A stretch of DNA of 64,000 bases, taken from assembly GCA_030141605.1 (NCBI GenBank), contig JAQGDQ010000002.1, forward strand, positions 1,674,001 to 1,738,000, in the 5' to 3' direction. Positions within the stretch are counted from its first letter, which is position 1; every line of letters starts with the position of its first letter. The position numbers and the translations under genes are program-made. The DNA is from Tubiluchus corallicola. Taxonomy: Eukaryota > Animalia > Priapulida. Shown piece after piece: positions 36,601-49,600 of the stretch. The notes under the pieces were generated by a model that had not been told where the DNA came from, made no database searches, and saw only the letters and a program-made list of their open reading frames with translations.

Positions 36601-39600
36601 TACAAGCATCCAATACAAATGACTAATTATGTTTTAATTACAAACGAAAATCTGAAACGAAAATATGAATTTTGATTCTCTGAAAAACAAGGTGAAGCGA
36701 GTAATACAATAGTATTTAAAGAATAATTCATTTTCAGTAGTTGAAAATGATGGCATAGTTTTGCTTGCTGCATGCAAAGAAAATAAATTACAAGATTGTG
36801 TCAGGAGGCATATTGGCAGGATCTCTCTATGCTGTATTAGAGTTTTCTAATTTCTTATGAAAATGATTTCAATCTATTTTTTTACTCAGCATTAGCTTAA
36901 CAGCTTACAGTTATTAGCAATTTTAATATCAAACTGTTAAGAAGTTGCAACCAGAGAAATGGAACCGAACACATCAGTGAGAGTTGATTACTATAGCACT
37001 AGCATAAAAACGTGTACAGTTCACTAGTTTGCAGCCACTCTGAATTTTTTCAGAACATTGCATTATTAGCAGTCGTTACTATCATAATTATATCAAAATT
37101 AAATTTATTTATTAACAATTATGTTGGACAAATTATTTGTATAAACATTTTGCAGATACTTTCAAGCACTCAAGAAATAACACTAAAATAAAACCCAGAA
37201 TATGGATGCAACCACATGACATAAAGCAACAGAAGACATATTACGACAATTGTATAAAAAATTTTTGTAGAACTACTGCAAGGAGTTTAGTAATTACACA
37301 GCAGTATAAAATTTTTTTGTAGAACTACTGCAAGGAGTATAATAATTATACAGTAATTGGACTTAGACGTTAGGCTTTTTCTTAAGTATTGCAAGTATGT
37401 CGACAATGAACCAGTATTTAATGCTCACTAATCCTAAAGCAACAAACCTGTAAGGCTCACTATCATAAGTGCGATTCCGTCTTTGTGACCAAGGTAGTGG
37501 AACCTCTGCATAGGTGAAGCCCCAATTAAAAAGTCCAACATTGTGCTCATCTTCTGAATATGGTGTTTGATAAGCGAAATGTTCATCATTGATATAGTCG
37601 TTCACTGGTACAACAGCAGTCTTTCTAAAAAGGAAAAAAACAGTAAACATAAGTTCTGCATAATGGTAACATTAGTGGGATTAAAGTGCTTCACAAGAAA
37701 GACCTCAATTGCACATAATTGCAAGGAAAAAATGATGATATCGTGACAATCTACACGAATAAATTTTTACAAGTAAAACTTGACAAACAAAAATGTTAAA
37801 AGAATGGCAAAATGCAAAACAAGATAGATCAGTTAGCAGTTGTCTAAATTTCTAAAAGAATCGCATGGTATAAAACATAATTTTAAGCAGTTTAAATAGT
37901 TTCTGTTTGCTCTATCCAAGCTGACTAGCATTTCAGCATTTAGTAGAAGAACTTGATGCTGCATCTGCATAGGAATGTAAAGTTTTTACCACATATCTAA
38001 AGACATTTACTAAAACCCAACCAAAGACTTGAACCCACATCCTGTTAGATCAGGGGAGTGCAAATTGCGGCCCGCCGAGAGAATTTGTGCGGCCCGCGAA
38101 GAGATTTGTCAACCTAATGAAAGTGCGGCCCGGGCGATTAATTGAGTGTATCCAGCTGAAGTCCGTGCCACGATCCCAAAGATAGTGGGGGTAGTTTTTT
38201 CTACTAGATCGGATGCCATTAAATCTTACAAGACGGTTGTAGCTTAATGTCACTGTACTACACAGACTGTGTGATACACATTACTAATATTTATCGTAAT
38301 GAAATTACCACTATCTGTCCTGAAAGTAGAAATATATGGTTTGTATTATAAATTTTAATAACTTCTAAAATAGTTTCTTGAGTGTAGTAGTAATGATGTA
38401 CGCAGGTCGTATGCAAAAAAATCGTTATTAGGCCTTTCTGTACTTGGCTCCTTGATCAAACTGCCTGTGGCCCGCAGGAATTGCGGGAAAGTTTAATGTG
38501 GCCCGGCTAGTCAGATAATTTGCACACCCGTGTTAGATCATAAACTCACCTGTTACACTGTATCCTAGCGAGAAGTGGGGGAAGCCAATTAACATTAACT
38601 TCTGTATGTGCGTCAAGAAAGATAAGCACGTCACCCGTTGCATTCTTGGCTCCAATGGTACGCGACCGTATCAAGCCTTCACGGTTCTTGTTCCTTAAAA
38701 GTCGAACTTTTGAGAATTTAAGAAGGTAGTTTTCCAACTGCTCTTTCAAGTGAGCTAAAGTAAAAAATAAAACTTGCAAGAAGTGATCAACTCTCCAATA
38801 ACCACAAAAGGACCTTTACTAATTCACACATTCATCAAAGATCTGCCATGTTTCAAATAGGCTAACATTTTCAGACTTTCCTTCAATGATGTTTTGTGTT
38901 CCACTAATTTGGATCTCCAGCATTAAAAAAAGAGCATATATGTGCAAAGTTTTGAAAAATATTTTTTAAATGTAAAGTTAAGGTGACTTCAAGTACTCAA
39001 ATTCTAAAACTCCTACATATAGTGTCCTGAGGCAGGGAAAAACCACTGCACTTTCACAGTAGTATGATGACTAACTGCTGCAATACCTTACCTCGATCAC
39101 TGCAATCATCAACTAAAATTAATTCTTTCAGTAGATGTCGAGGACTTCGATTTATGATACTGTGTATGGTCCTTAGTAGAACTGAAGTACCCTCGTTATA
39201 AAATATTACAACAACAGATGCTGTAGGAAGATTCACTGGATACTGCCAATATTTACACCTGCAAATTATTCAACATTTGCAAAATTAGTATTGCTAAGCA
39301 TTATTTTAAGATAGAATAAAATTAATTATACTAGAAGGGTAACAGAGAATTAGTTAAGGTTTCAGCATATATAATCTACAATAACATGTATATACTACTA
39401 GTTTTACCATCTCACACTAAAAGTTAAAAAGAATGTTTTGATAAAGGAAAATTATTCTTCATATTAAAATCAATGCATCAGAAAACAAATACCCAAGCAA
39501 ATTAAAAAGTACATGCATTACTTAGCTAAGCTGACTTGTGTTCTTATGATGACTATGATCTACATTTCATAGGTTAATGCTTTCAGGACTTGAACTGCCA

Positions 39601-41690
39601 GACTAGCCGACAAATTTATGTAGGGAGAAAAAATATATCAACTTATTACAAGTACAATAATTAAAAATACTGATATAAGTCTACTCAACTAATAGACACA
39701 TGAATTAAAAAACAAAACACATAATTGTTAGTACAGAGTATGTGACAAAAGCAAAACATTTTGAAACTTACTCCTCCATGCGAGTGTCAGGCAGACTTCT
39801 ATCTAAAGATATTTGGTCGCTGGCTACCAAATTAAGTCTATATAATTCCATTGAATTTTGAACCTGTCGACAGTCAAAAATTTGAAATAACAAATCAACA
39901 GATCATCAATTCACACACACTCGCTCTTCCAAAAACAGTGCTAAAGTTTGGGAGGTTGTTTTTCATAAGACAGGACTGGCTATCACATCTAAATACGTCA
40001 AAGATAAGTCATCTGTTTGTATTATTTACATCTAAATCAAGCTTTCCAAGTGCATTAGTGAAATCACTGAGATCATACAAACAAAGGGAGAAGTTATTTT
40101 TGGTTAGAATTATTAATAAAGTAATAGTTGTTGCATGAATACTAGTACTGTGCATACTGCTGGAGAATCCATGTCTGTTTCAACTGCTGCTCCCTCCTCA
40201 CCTGGTCCTATTCTCAGTGGATTTGATCGCGGCTCATAGTTTCCAAGTACTTCAGGCGTGTGTGTTGGTCCACATACCTTCAAGAGAAACAAAAACTTTC
40301 TGTCACACAAAGCAAAGTAGGCCTTCGTTAAAAGAGTATTGATGTCTAATCCCCACCAGAAGATTGATTTTCAAGAAATTGAAACTTTTTCTTCAGGGAT
40401 TAAGATCTCAAGCCCTAAGCTGTAAGCATTGAAAAAATTATGGTAAACCTATCTGTATATGTTATTTAGAATAAAAAAATGTTAAATTGTAAAATGAAAT
40501 CTCGATGCCCATCAGTACCATTATATTGTAAACAAATACAGAAGCCGTCACACACGTTCTGCTATATTTTACTTTGGGGTAACTATTCGATTTAAAAAAA
40601 ATTATGTGAGACATTCTTCATCTGAGCAACTGTTGCACACATTCGACATTTCTGTACTTCTAAAGCCCTAACCATCATTTCTTAAGAATTTCCTATAACG
40701 TGCACACTACACAACAACAAAATGTAAATTAATGCAACCAAGTAATGCAAAATTACAGAGAATGGGCAGCAGTGAAATAATACATATATAAATTGTCTTC
40801 GGAAGCAAGAGTGAAAACTATAAATGCTTGAAGTAATACCCTGAGCTTTAGTTCAGTGCTAACAATGCAAGGACTTGAAGGTAGGTTTCCAGTTTCGATG
40901 GTGAACCGTAATTTGCTTTGGATGGAGCAATACTTCTGACATCATTTTTATGGAGTGACTATAAATAACATTGCCCCTATAATCTGGTATATTTACTGTA
41001 TCAGCCATGTTTTAACCCCAGAGATTTTTAGCTTCACTTCTTTTACTTTTATGCAGGCATATCCAATATTATCAGCATGTCACGAGTAAGCTGATGTATC
41101 AGCCAAATAGAACCACTATTAACTGTAAGTAAAAGATGTAATAAAAGAGGAAGCAAGGCAAAACAACCATCTTACCAAAGCTCAGAAACAGTAAAAGTAA
41201 TAAATTTACTACCATACAATGTGTGCATTTAGCATCTCCCTAACGGCAGTTTAAAAAAGTAAGTATGTAAGATGTGCTGCATTAAACGATGATTATAAAA
41301 TGCCTATTATTCACTTAAAGGTTTTCAAGTATTTTTATCATGACTAAATGCCATTCCGTAAAGGTCCACAAAAATTTTACAAGTAAACCAGAAAAACATT
41401 CACAGTTGTGTAACTTCATTCTTTTTTGAAGTTTCTGTACACACCAAAAAAATCTATAAAAAACACTAGGTTGCAGAGTGTAGCAACTACGAAAGAATCA
41501 ATTTAGCAAAAAATAAATATTCGAATTTCACGATCCATACTTCCGTAAGTTCATGTCCCATATCATCTTCAGTAAGTTTCTCTTTTTCAGTGTTAGGCCT
41601 TAGATCCAACAACAAGAAAACTAGAAAAGTGACGTAGAAGATCAAACCAGTGGAAATCCATTTAACTGCCCAACGATGATTTAAAGTCAT
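28704..41690 (-). CDS. Polypeptide N-acetylgalactosaminyltransferase, GALNT7-like paralogue B (12 coding exons, ~580 aa)
   Basis: Exons 41690-41541 (TM anchor), 40277-40158 (VLGNYEP..GPGE), 39863-39772, 39258-39092, 38754-38550 (FLDAHTE), 37624-37448, 34139-34022 ([12 protein letters not shown]), 33571-33458, 31678-31454, 31285-31178, 30852-30727, 28844-28704 (..[14 protein letters not shown]). Intron phases match paralogue A and most exon lengths are identical (120, 92, 167, 205, 118, 114, 225, 126). Confidence 0.93.
30637..30668. repeat. (TG)n microsatellite
   Basis: Uninterrupted run of tg dinucleotides in the last intron of GALNT-B. Confidence 0.95.
32050..32510 (+). mobile_element. Possible decayed DNA-transposase fragment in GALNT-B intron 8
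   Basis: Interrupted coding-like stretches ([19 protein letters not shown]; [17 protein letters not shown]) loosely resembling a hAT transposase C-terminus; many stop codons. Confidence 0.25.
34863..36326 (+). CDS. Nested antisense gene: small secreted collagen-like peptide (~122 aa) within GALNT-B intron 6
   Basis: Putative 5' UTR exon ending 34675 (ccag|gtgagt), then acceptor tgttacag at 34848. Coding exons: 34863-34971 ([36 protein letters not shown]), 35082-35108 (ESSGSKILK), 35542-35655 ([38 protein letters not shown]), 36208-36326 ([39 protein letters not shown]). All coding introns are phase 1; AATAAA at ~36460. The collagen exon is unambiguous; the 27-nt exon and the AAG acceptor of the last exon are less certain. 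Confidence 0.75.
37253..37353. repeat. ~51-bp tandem duplication
   Basis: tataaaa.tttttgtagaactactgcaaggagt.ta.taatta.acag occurs twice in tandem. Confidence 0.85.
38051..38530. mobile_element. hAT-type non-autonomous element (MITE) with 8-bp TSD
   Basis: Left end CAGGGGAGTGCAAATT, right end AATTTGCACACCCG; subterminal GCGGCCCG/GTGGCCCG repeats; TGTTAGAT flanks both sides (38043-38050 and 38531-38538). Confidence 0.85.
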
Positions 41691-43665
41691 TTTTGGGGTA
41701 TGAAAACTAAATACCTGTAAATGAAAAAGAATTGACCTGTTAAGGAAGCAATTTCAATACAAGAAATGTTGGCAAAAAAAAATCAAAATTTCCAAACCTA
41801 AAGAGAAACATAGTCTTCATGACAAGAACAAATTCAGCAATTTGTCAGATTAAAGGTATTGTCAAAAGGAAACAAAACATACGTATTTAATATATACAGT
41901 TTACTCCATGTGTTACAATACTTTTAATCAGCCACAATTAAATTAACATGACGTTGATGCATTTGATCAAAGTTGTGCATAGCATTGCAGGCTCTGAGTA
42001 AGCAGAAATATCAGATATATACCAAAAACTTACTGTTCGACATTAGTATGATAACTTGAACCATCACTTGTATTCACTATAAGCTTCATTTGGCACAGCA
42101 ATAATTTTTAATGGGCAAAAGCACAAACAGATGCCACCATGTGCAATAACTGCACACAGCAGGTTAGATGGAGTGTGTTCTCCTTTCTAACAGCTGGTGC
42201 AGAAGTTAATACATACAGCTGCATAAATTTCATGCACACATCATGAACAAATATCAATGGATAAACGTGGATGAATATGTGAATATGACACAATTTAATG
42301 GCAAGGAGTTTATAATGCAATTTTTTCCCTAGAAATAGAAAATATCATGTTAGAATTTGTTCCTTGTAAGTAATATGTTCATAAATAATTCTAATAAATG
42401 ATATGCTTGAAAGTTGAATCTCAAACCAAATTAAAATGACCAATCCGCGAGAAATACATAGTCGAATTAAAGTATTTTTAATAAAAAATTACAAAAGAAA
42501 CAATTTAGGACCTGGAACGCAATCCCACACAATTTGGACAATGGACAAACTCTGGAGTGGACAGATACTGTTAGTAAAAATTCAACTAAAGTTTGACAAC
42601 TCATGTTCCATCTCCAGTTTAATGACCAAGACACATACTTTACTTGTACTTGAAAAACCAAAATTGGGGCAAATCGGTGCCACATTTAATAAGATGATGC
42701 AAAAGGAATAACAACAAAAATGCAGATAAATAGAAAACAAAGATTCTACTTTATCTCTGTATGTATAAAATGTATTTATAACTGAATAATTTACACAAAA
42801 ATATGCATAGTACACACAGTGAAAACTATTCACTATTGTCATAAAAGTCAATCAAAGACATCTGCATCTTATAAATCGAATATTTGTGAGATCTAAAGCT
42901 TTAGCACGGCATTTAAAGAAATCCAGTTTCCTTGTTGTTGCATCTACTACAAAATGATGATATGGTAGATTAAATGAGTAAGATAACTAATGCTTTTTTG
43001 GTTTGGGTTTTGGGGTTGTTTTGTGTGGTTTTGGTGTGTTCATTGCAAAAAGATGACTTTACAAAATACTATATTACAACTCACTATTTTAAGAACTATA
43101 TTTTTACAGTTATATAAATGTAAGCTGAAACTTTGCTATACTGTATATTGGAATATTTAAGTTTATTCTGGATGCAGGTTTACCATGGTGTTCGTGAGTA
43201 AACAGTAAACTTCCAAGGCTGTGAAGTCATTAGCTAGTTAAGGGGCCTGATTGGTAACTGTGAGGTGGACTCCAGCTGGTTGATTAACATTAACTTTAAC
43301 ATTAACATTTATCCCTTCATTAGTTTTAGTTGGGAGAAAAATGTTTAATTCCAGACACTGCCTGCAAAGATAGGAGAAACAACCAGTACAATAATATTAC
43401 ACATCATCTAACACAAACTAACTACAGTATTACAATATATAGTGTGAATAGCTTAACAAACATATCTTGGTATAAACAGTTACTATCCTATATCAGTTAC
43501 TATCAAGGATAATCATTGCAGCAATCATAATGACAACGTATGTCACTCTTTATTCTTATGGCTCAAATTAAAATGCTGCATCTATCCACCGCTAGATTCA
43601 GTTTCGTAAATAAAGAACAAGCTTTTAAGATAGTGATTTAAATACATGAACACAATCATGCTTTA

Positions 43666-46600
43666 TCACATTTTCAACAGTTCTTCATACTCTTCTGCTA
43701 AACCAGATGATTCCATATGTCGCCACTTGTCTTTGAGCTGCACGTTTGTTCGGTTGTGAAATCTACCAGCAGACCAAATTCTAGTCCAGTTTCCAGTTCC
43801 GTACTGCTTAACAGCCTTGTAGAAACGTAGCTGCAAAAAGCAGAAGTTCCAGTTATGCAGAGGAAATTTTAATGACCTTTGAAAGTAAATACTGTGTTAT
43901 ATTTTAAAACTTGGCAGTCTGTGAAACTATCAGTGCATGGTGAACTCAAACAGTTCGATTTGCACAACTACCAGAATAATAGCAAAACTAGCAAGTAAAA
44001 CAGATTATCAACCAAGCATCTAGTACCTACTTCCAGGAAGATTATGTATTTGCAAAACGTAGAATAATTAAACTGCAAATCTTGCCTAAGACAGGCATAA
44101 CTAGCATGCAGTACTATTTTACCATCATCAGTATTTAGTTCACTTTGTGATAAGGTATATATTTCAATATAAAATTATTAATATCAGTCATCACAATCCT
44201 TTTGTTAATTATGGTTAAATGTCAGTATAATATTTCACATAAAACATTACCTTACAGTTTATAATTAGTTCCAGATGACAAAAAAATAAATCTTTAGGAG
44301 TTGCAAAAACGTCAACAACGTGATGTTGTAAAATGCAATTCTGATATAACCAAGGCTGTGTTACATGTGCATATCGTACACTATTATGTATTTTAGCATT
44401 GAAGGCTATCTTTTATAGTGAAAAGGAATGTGGCAACAAAAATTAAACATACATAAGAAGTAAATTAAATAGATCAATGGTAAGTATCACAACATCATAA
44501 AAAAATGTAAAAGTTACATGCTAGCCGAGCAGCTGCTTGACAAACAAGCTTTATTAATGAATTTTCAAATTAAACCATCCCTAGAAAGTCAGGAATGTTC
44601 ACTATGGTAGCTGAACACTAAATAGGTTACAATTATCTGTGGTTAATACATTAGTTCTATTAGGACAAAAGTTAACAAGAACAAGAATGTGCAGAAGAAC
44701 ACTTAACATTTCTAAGGATTTCTTTAAAGTTATTGCTCAGATATCAATAAAATGCTAGAAAGAGGATAATTTTGACATTGTTTTAGATGATTTTGACATT
44801 GTTTTAAAGTAAACGAGGCGCTTTTATTTAGCTAACTAAACACAAAGCCCTACCTCATCCTCTTTGGTCCATCTTTCTCGCTTTGATGACTTCTTGCAGT
44901 TTTTCGGTGGTTGGTCAAAATCGTCTTTGCTGATTGTACGAGCAAACACATCTTTTTCTCTTTCTCCAGCCATCTTATTTGAGTTTTTACCTGGTTTAAG
45001 TTCTTTAGAAGGAGCGTGGTTTTCCGAACGAATTGCCCGTTTTCTTTTTCGAGCTGCACACAAAAATTGAACAAAATTACAAGTACAAATTTACAGTATA
45101 GCCAAAAACTGATGTCATTTAGTTTAGGAAGGCTACTGAACACTGGCAACCTTTTACGATACATAATAACTTACATGCTTACCTAACACATAACTCATAC
45201 AGCTAAATCACATAGCTTACGCATTATGCGAGTGCTGATCTCTAAACCAAAGAAGTTAACCTAGCTTGACAAGCACAAGTTTATAAATTTTGAAGTTTCC
45301 ACAACAACTCTATGATTTTATTTGCAGATAACAGCTCTAATTTAGTGAATTCTAATCAGCTCTTAGCAGATGATTTTTTTCAAGTAACCACATGCAACTT
45401 ACTGATGCGGAAAGTTCATATAAAAAAAATGATAGGAAATTACGTTTTTTTCTAATCACATTAAACTGCATTACATCAATAGGTCTCATTACATTACACA
45501 GGCTTTTTAAAATAACAGTTCTAAGTAAATTGCAAAGTCTGCTAATGTAAAAAGTTATGTTTGTTTACTGTTGATTAATGCCACTTAAATCAAAGTTTGT
45601 ATGCGTGCAGTACACTGGCAGCTACATTTTTTGTATTTGCATATAATGATAGTGTAATATCAAGAGCTAGGGAACTTAGTGTTTAAATGCTTACAAGCTA
45701 TCTGGTGATACATATCGTCCTTAGTGATTTGGTTCAGAGCTAGGGAACTTAGTGTTTTAATGCTTACAAGCTATCTGGTGATATATGTTGTCCTTAGTGA
45801 TTTGGTTCAAAAGTTATCAGAAGGCATAAGCCGTCCTAAATAAACAAATGCAAAGGTGCTGCTAGGAAAGCTTGTGGACTCTCTGTATATCATTATAGGC
45901 GAAGTGGGTAAGTTGCAAAATTATGTGACAAAGCTTGTCTAATCACCAAACAAACAAAGCAAAACGATTTCCCGCATTGCAAAATGCGAGTGGTGAGTAC
46001 ACTATAGTCACTGTAGTGTAAATTTTGCATTATACCCAAAAGTCATGTTTTGTTTTCCTTAGAAAAGTATAGGTAAGCAAATAACAGAGAACGTATACTG
46101 CTTTTTTTTACTTTTTGCCAATAGATACTAAATAAACTGTTTCAAAGTTGGGTGTCGTGTATTTTGCTCAAGTACGGACCAGTTATGCTTACAATGTAGA
46201 CTACCATACACAGCTAGCAGTTATCATTATAAACAAAACTACATGTAGAGTGGGATTTGAAGAATTTGAAAAGGTCTACAAAATGGTATGAAGTTTGCTT
46301 AGTAAAAAAAATATACAAACACATAAAAAGTAGGCAGTGTTGCATAGCGATAAGAGCAATCTATAGTTTTAAATTTGCAGTTTCTAAGTGTTAGTAATAA
46401 AAAACAAAATTACTGCAACGTATGTGAAAACTATATATTATTTATGATGACTAAGTGCAATCTTCATAGTAAGAATGCAAATCAACCGCTGTTTTGTAAT
46501 AGCGTAAAAACTGGGGAAATTGGAAAAACAGTTTACAGCAGTCAAATAGAATTGGCAGAGGATGACACGATTTTTGTTGAATTCACAGTAGCTAGAAACA

Positions 46601-49600
46601 AAATTTAAAATATGAAGGGTTTGTCTAACTTCTAGCTAAAAGTTTACTTGCTTTTGCTTTGTAATTAGAACATTTATGACTATTCTTGAAATGTTACAAT
46701 TGAAAGAGTATCACAACTCTCCAAAATCTACTTACCTGAAGAAGTGGTACTAGATATTTCACTTTTTTCGTCATCACTTTTGGTTGATAATAAATCAGAT
46801 TTGATGCCAGGTGACTCAGCTAGGTGGCCTGTACATCCCTGAAAATTTCTGCAATAATTTACTTCACACAAAAATGGAAAAAGAGCTTTTTACTCAGTAT
46901 ACAAATATCTGACACATATCTAATAAAGCTACAAAAGTCTAAGTAATTCCATAACAGTTGTAGGTGTTTAACAGTTCCAAACAATGTATTCAAAGTTGAC
47001 TAGTTATCAAGTACTAGGGATTTTAAATGTTCTTTTAAGGTATTTTAGAGATTTTAGAACTTTTCTTCGATTTTTTGATACTCATGTCAAATGCACACAA
47101 CTCGCATTCCATATGAAGAAAAAATTGCAAGATCAAATGTATTGTCAGCATCAGACTCCATATTTTTGCAACACAGAGGCCTTAAATTTAGCACCACACA
47201 CCGAGAGAGAAGCAATATGAAAATCTGGAGCCTAGAATCTTCTTTACAGAACATTTCATTAGAAGTCATACAGTTCTTACAATATTAATGGTGCCTATTT
47301 ACTACCATTGCAACCAGCAAAAGTTAAATAATGTAAAGTGCTCACCCAAAAATAATCCACACCTTGGTTCAAATATTGCAAATGATGAATAAATACAGCT
47401 TTTAGAGTAAAACAGAAAACAAGTGCTAATGACCAGTCAAGAAAACTGGCATAAAGTAAAAATGGCTGTCAAATATAGTGATATTAAAAGCCAGTTTATC
47501 AAAACAGAGCCATTTCTAGCTTTCAGTACTCAAAAAAATAACTCATTACCGAATGCTTAGCGTTATTACTATTTGAATTTTCACTATGAGATGATCCAGA
47601 ATCATTTTCCCCATTCAGAGACCTTGGTTGTTCTAAACTTGGTAGCTTTTCAATCCTACATATAAATACATTGTTAATAATAAATTAATGCGGCTATTAG
47701 AAGTTAGAAAATAAACTTCAGTACGTTAGCACATTTCTTACTTTTTATACATTTTTCTCACTTTACAAAACAAATTTACAAAACAAAGCGGATAGGCGAG
47801 ACAAATTACAATTTTTTATGTTTAGTGTAACACCATTTTTGGGTAATAACAAGTTAAAATAACTGCATCAGTTTATCAGATTCAACATTCTTGATTACTG
47901 TTTTAACAGGCTGTAACATTTTTCAGGAATTTTTCCATTTTTAGGTTTACAATAAATGTTCAGTCATAATTTTTCAATCTAAACCAGTTGCCCCTTTTCT
48001 AGTAAAAATTAGAACTTATTTTCAAGGCAATCAGTGATAGATGAAGACAGTTACATGAACCATTATGCCTGCAGGTGGCACAGAGAACAAATGTTACATA
48101 TAACATGCTCTCAATAATCTGTCTAGAGACTGACCACATTGCAGATCTTATGCTTACTGTAAGCTGTCAGCCATAATTCACAGTACGCTTCCCCTCAAAA
48201 GCCGTATTGAGTTTTCATAAGGTGCCTTATTGCGAAATGAATTTGGCCATTAATTTCATTTGCCATAAGGCGTTTTTGGTCATCTTTAATGCGGTAATTA
48301 GCATATTTGTTGTGTTACAGTCACAATTCATTTATATTGAGACAGAACATTTAACCATAACACAGAATAGTCTCACAAACATTAAAAAGGTATTTTCTAA
48401 ACAAGACGCTTCACTAATACTGCAATTAGATATATGCAGATTATTGTAATTAATGTAATGAAACATTCTAAAGGAAATATGTTATTCTGCAACACATTTG
48501 AGCAAAATTACATAAACATACATGAATAAAATTTGCAATTAATGCAACTCAGTCATTTCTATATAATTATACAATTACATTAAACACATTATCTAGAACT
48601 ACAAGTAAACATAAAACGATCCTTTCGGTCAGCAGTTTTGTAGGCTTACAGCAAAGCTTACTACAAACTCAATAAGCACTGTTTGTAGATATGTATGATT
48701 TCAGTCTTCTGTACTAAGGTGCTAAGGAATATCGTAACAACAAATTTTATTAATGCACTTGATGGCTTTGTACAAGGCTTACTACAACAAATGATCACAG
48801 CCATCTTTTTCAGCAAAAATGAAATATTTTGTTTAATATGTTCTTGAAATTGTTTTAAATTACTTTGTTTAGTTATGTACACTTCCAAAATTAAATCTCT
48901 TAAGAAACTTTCAATTAGGTCTGATTTACCTCAGCATAATCAAGTTTTTCTTCCCCTGTTACTTGACCAACCTGGTGCTAATGCAATCTTCTGCAAGACT
49001 TGTTGCCAAAAACTTGTAAAATAAGTGGAGGAACACCCTGGTTCAGTTGAAATTTTTTTAATTATCTTTCTTAATTGTTTGCAATATTATTATGAAATAC
49101 GTTGCCTGTTGCAGGAAAGGGATCTACCACCTGATTGTTAGTTCTGTTTTTAATTTTTAATATGTCGCATTATGTAAAATAAAGTAGCCAGATCCAGTGG
49201 GAGGCTCATTTTCAATCAGACAAACTAATGTATATAGATAAACCCAGATAAACTATACTGTAAGAAATTATTGATTTATACGTAATGCAAAAAACGGATT
49301 ATGGCAAAACTCCTTGCTATGTACATAGAGTAAAAAGCATACTGTAGATTACGTCAAACACCTTATAGCTTGTGTATTATGTATTATGGCTTGCTCCTTA
49401 TGCCATTCTCTGTGTGACACGGGCTTAAGACTCATCCTGAGTTGAATAACTGATAGTGACTACACATATTTATAGTTTTTTACAATAATAACAATTAACA
49501 CTGCGAACCTCAAAATTCTGCAATGATAAAAGATAACATGAAATTAAATGATCAAATTATTAAGTTGCAAGTTTTCCAATTTCTTGCAGTGCTGAGCAAA

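Noticed and set aside
41691-43665. Possible operon or trans-splicing link between TRF and GALNT-B (same strand, ~2 kb apart, acceptor just before the GALNT-B ATG)
   Set aside because: A plausible cis donor (gtaagt at ~42033, minus strand) can explain the acceptor as an ordinary 5' UTR intron; there is no positive evidence for polycistronic transcription.
48929-49105. Coding-looking minus-strand segment in TRF intron 6 ending GAG|gtaaat
   Set aside because: Flanking exons already join in phase 2 without it; its open stretch is short and phase-incompatible.
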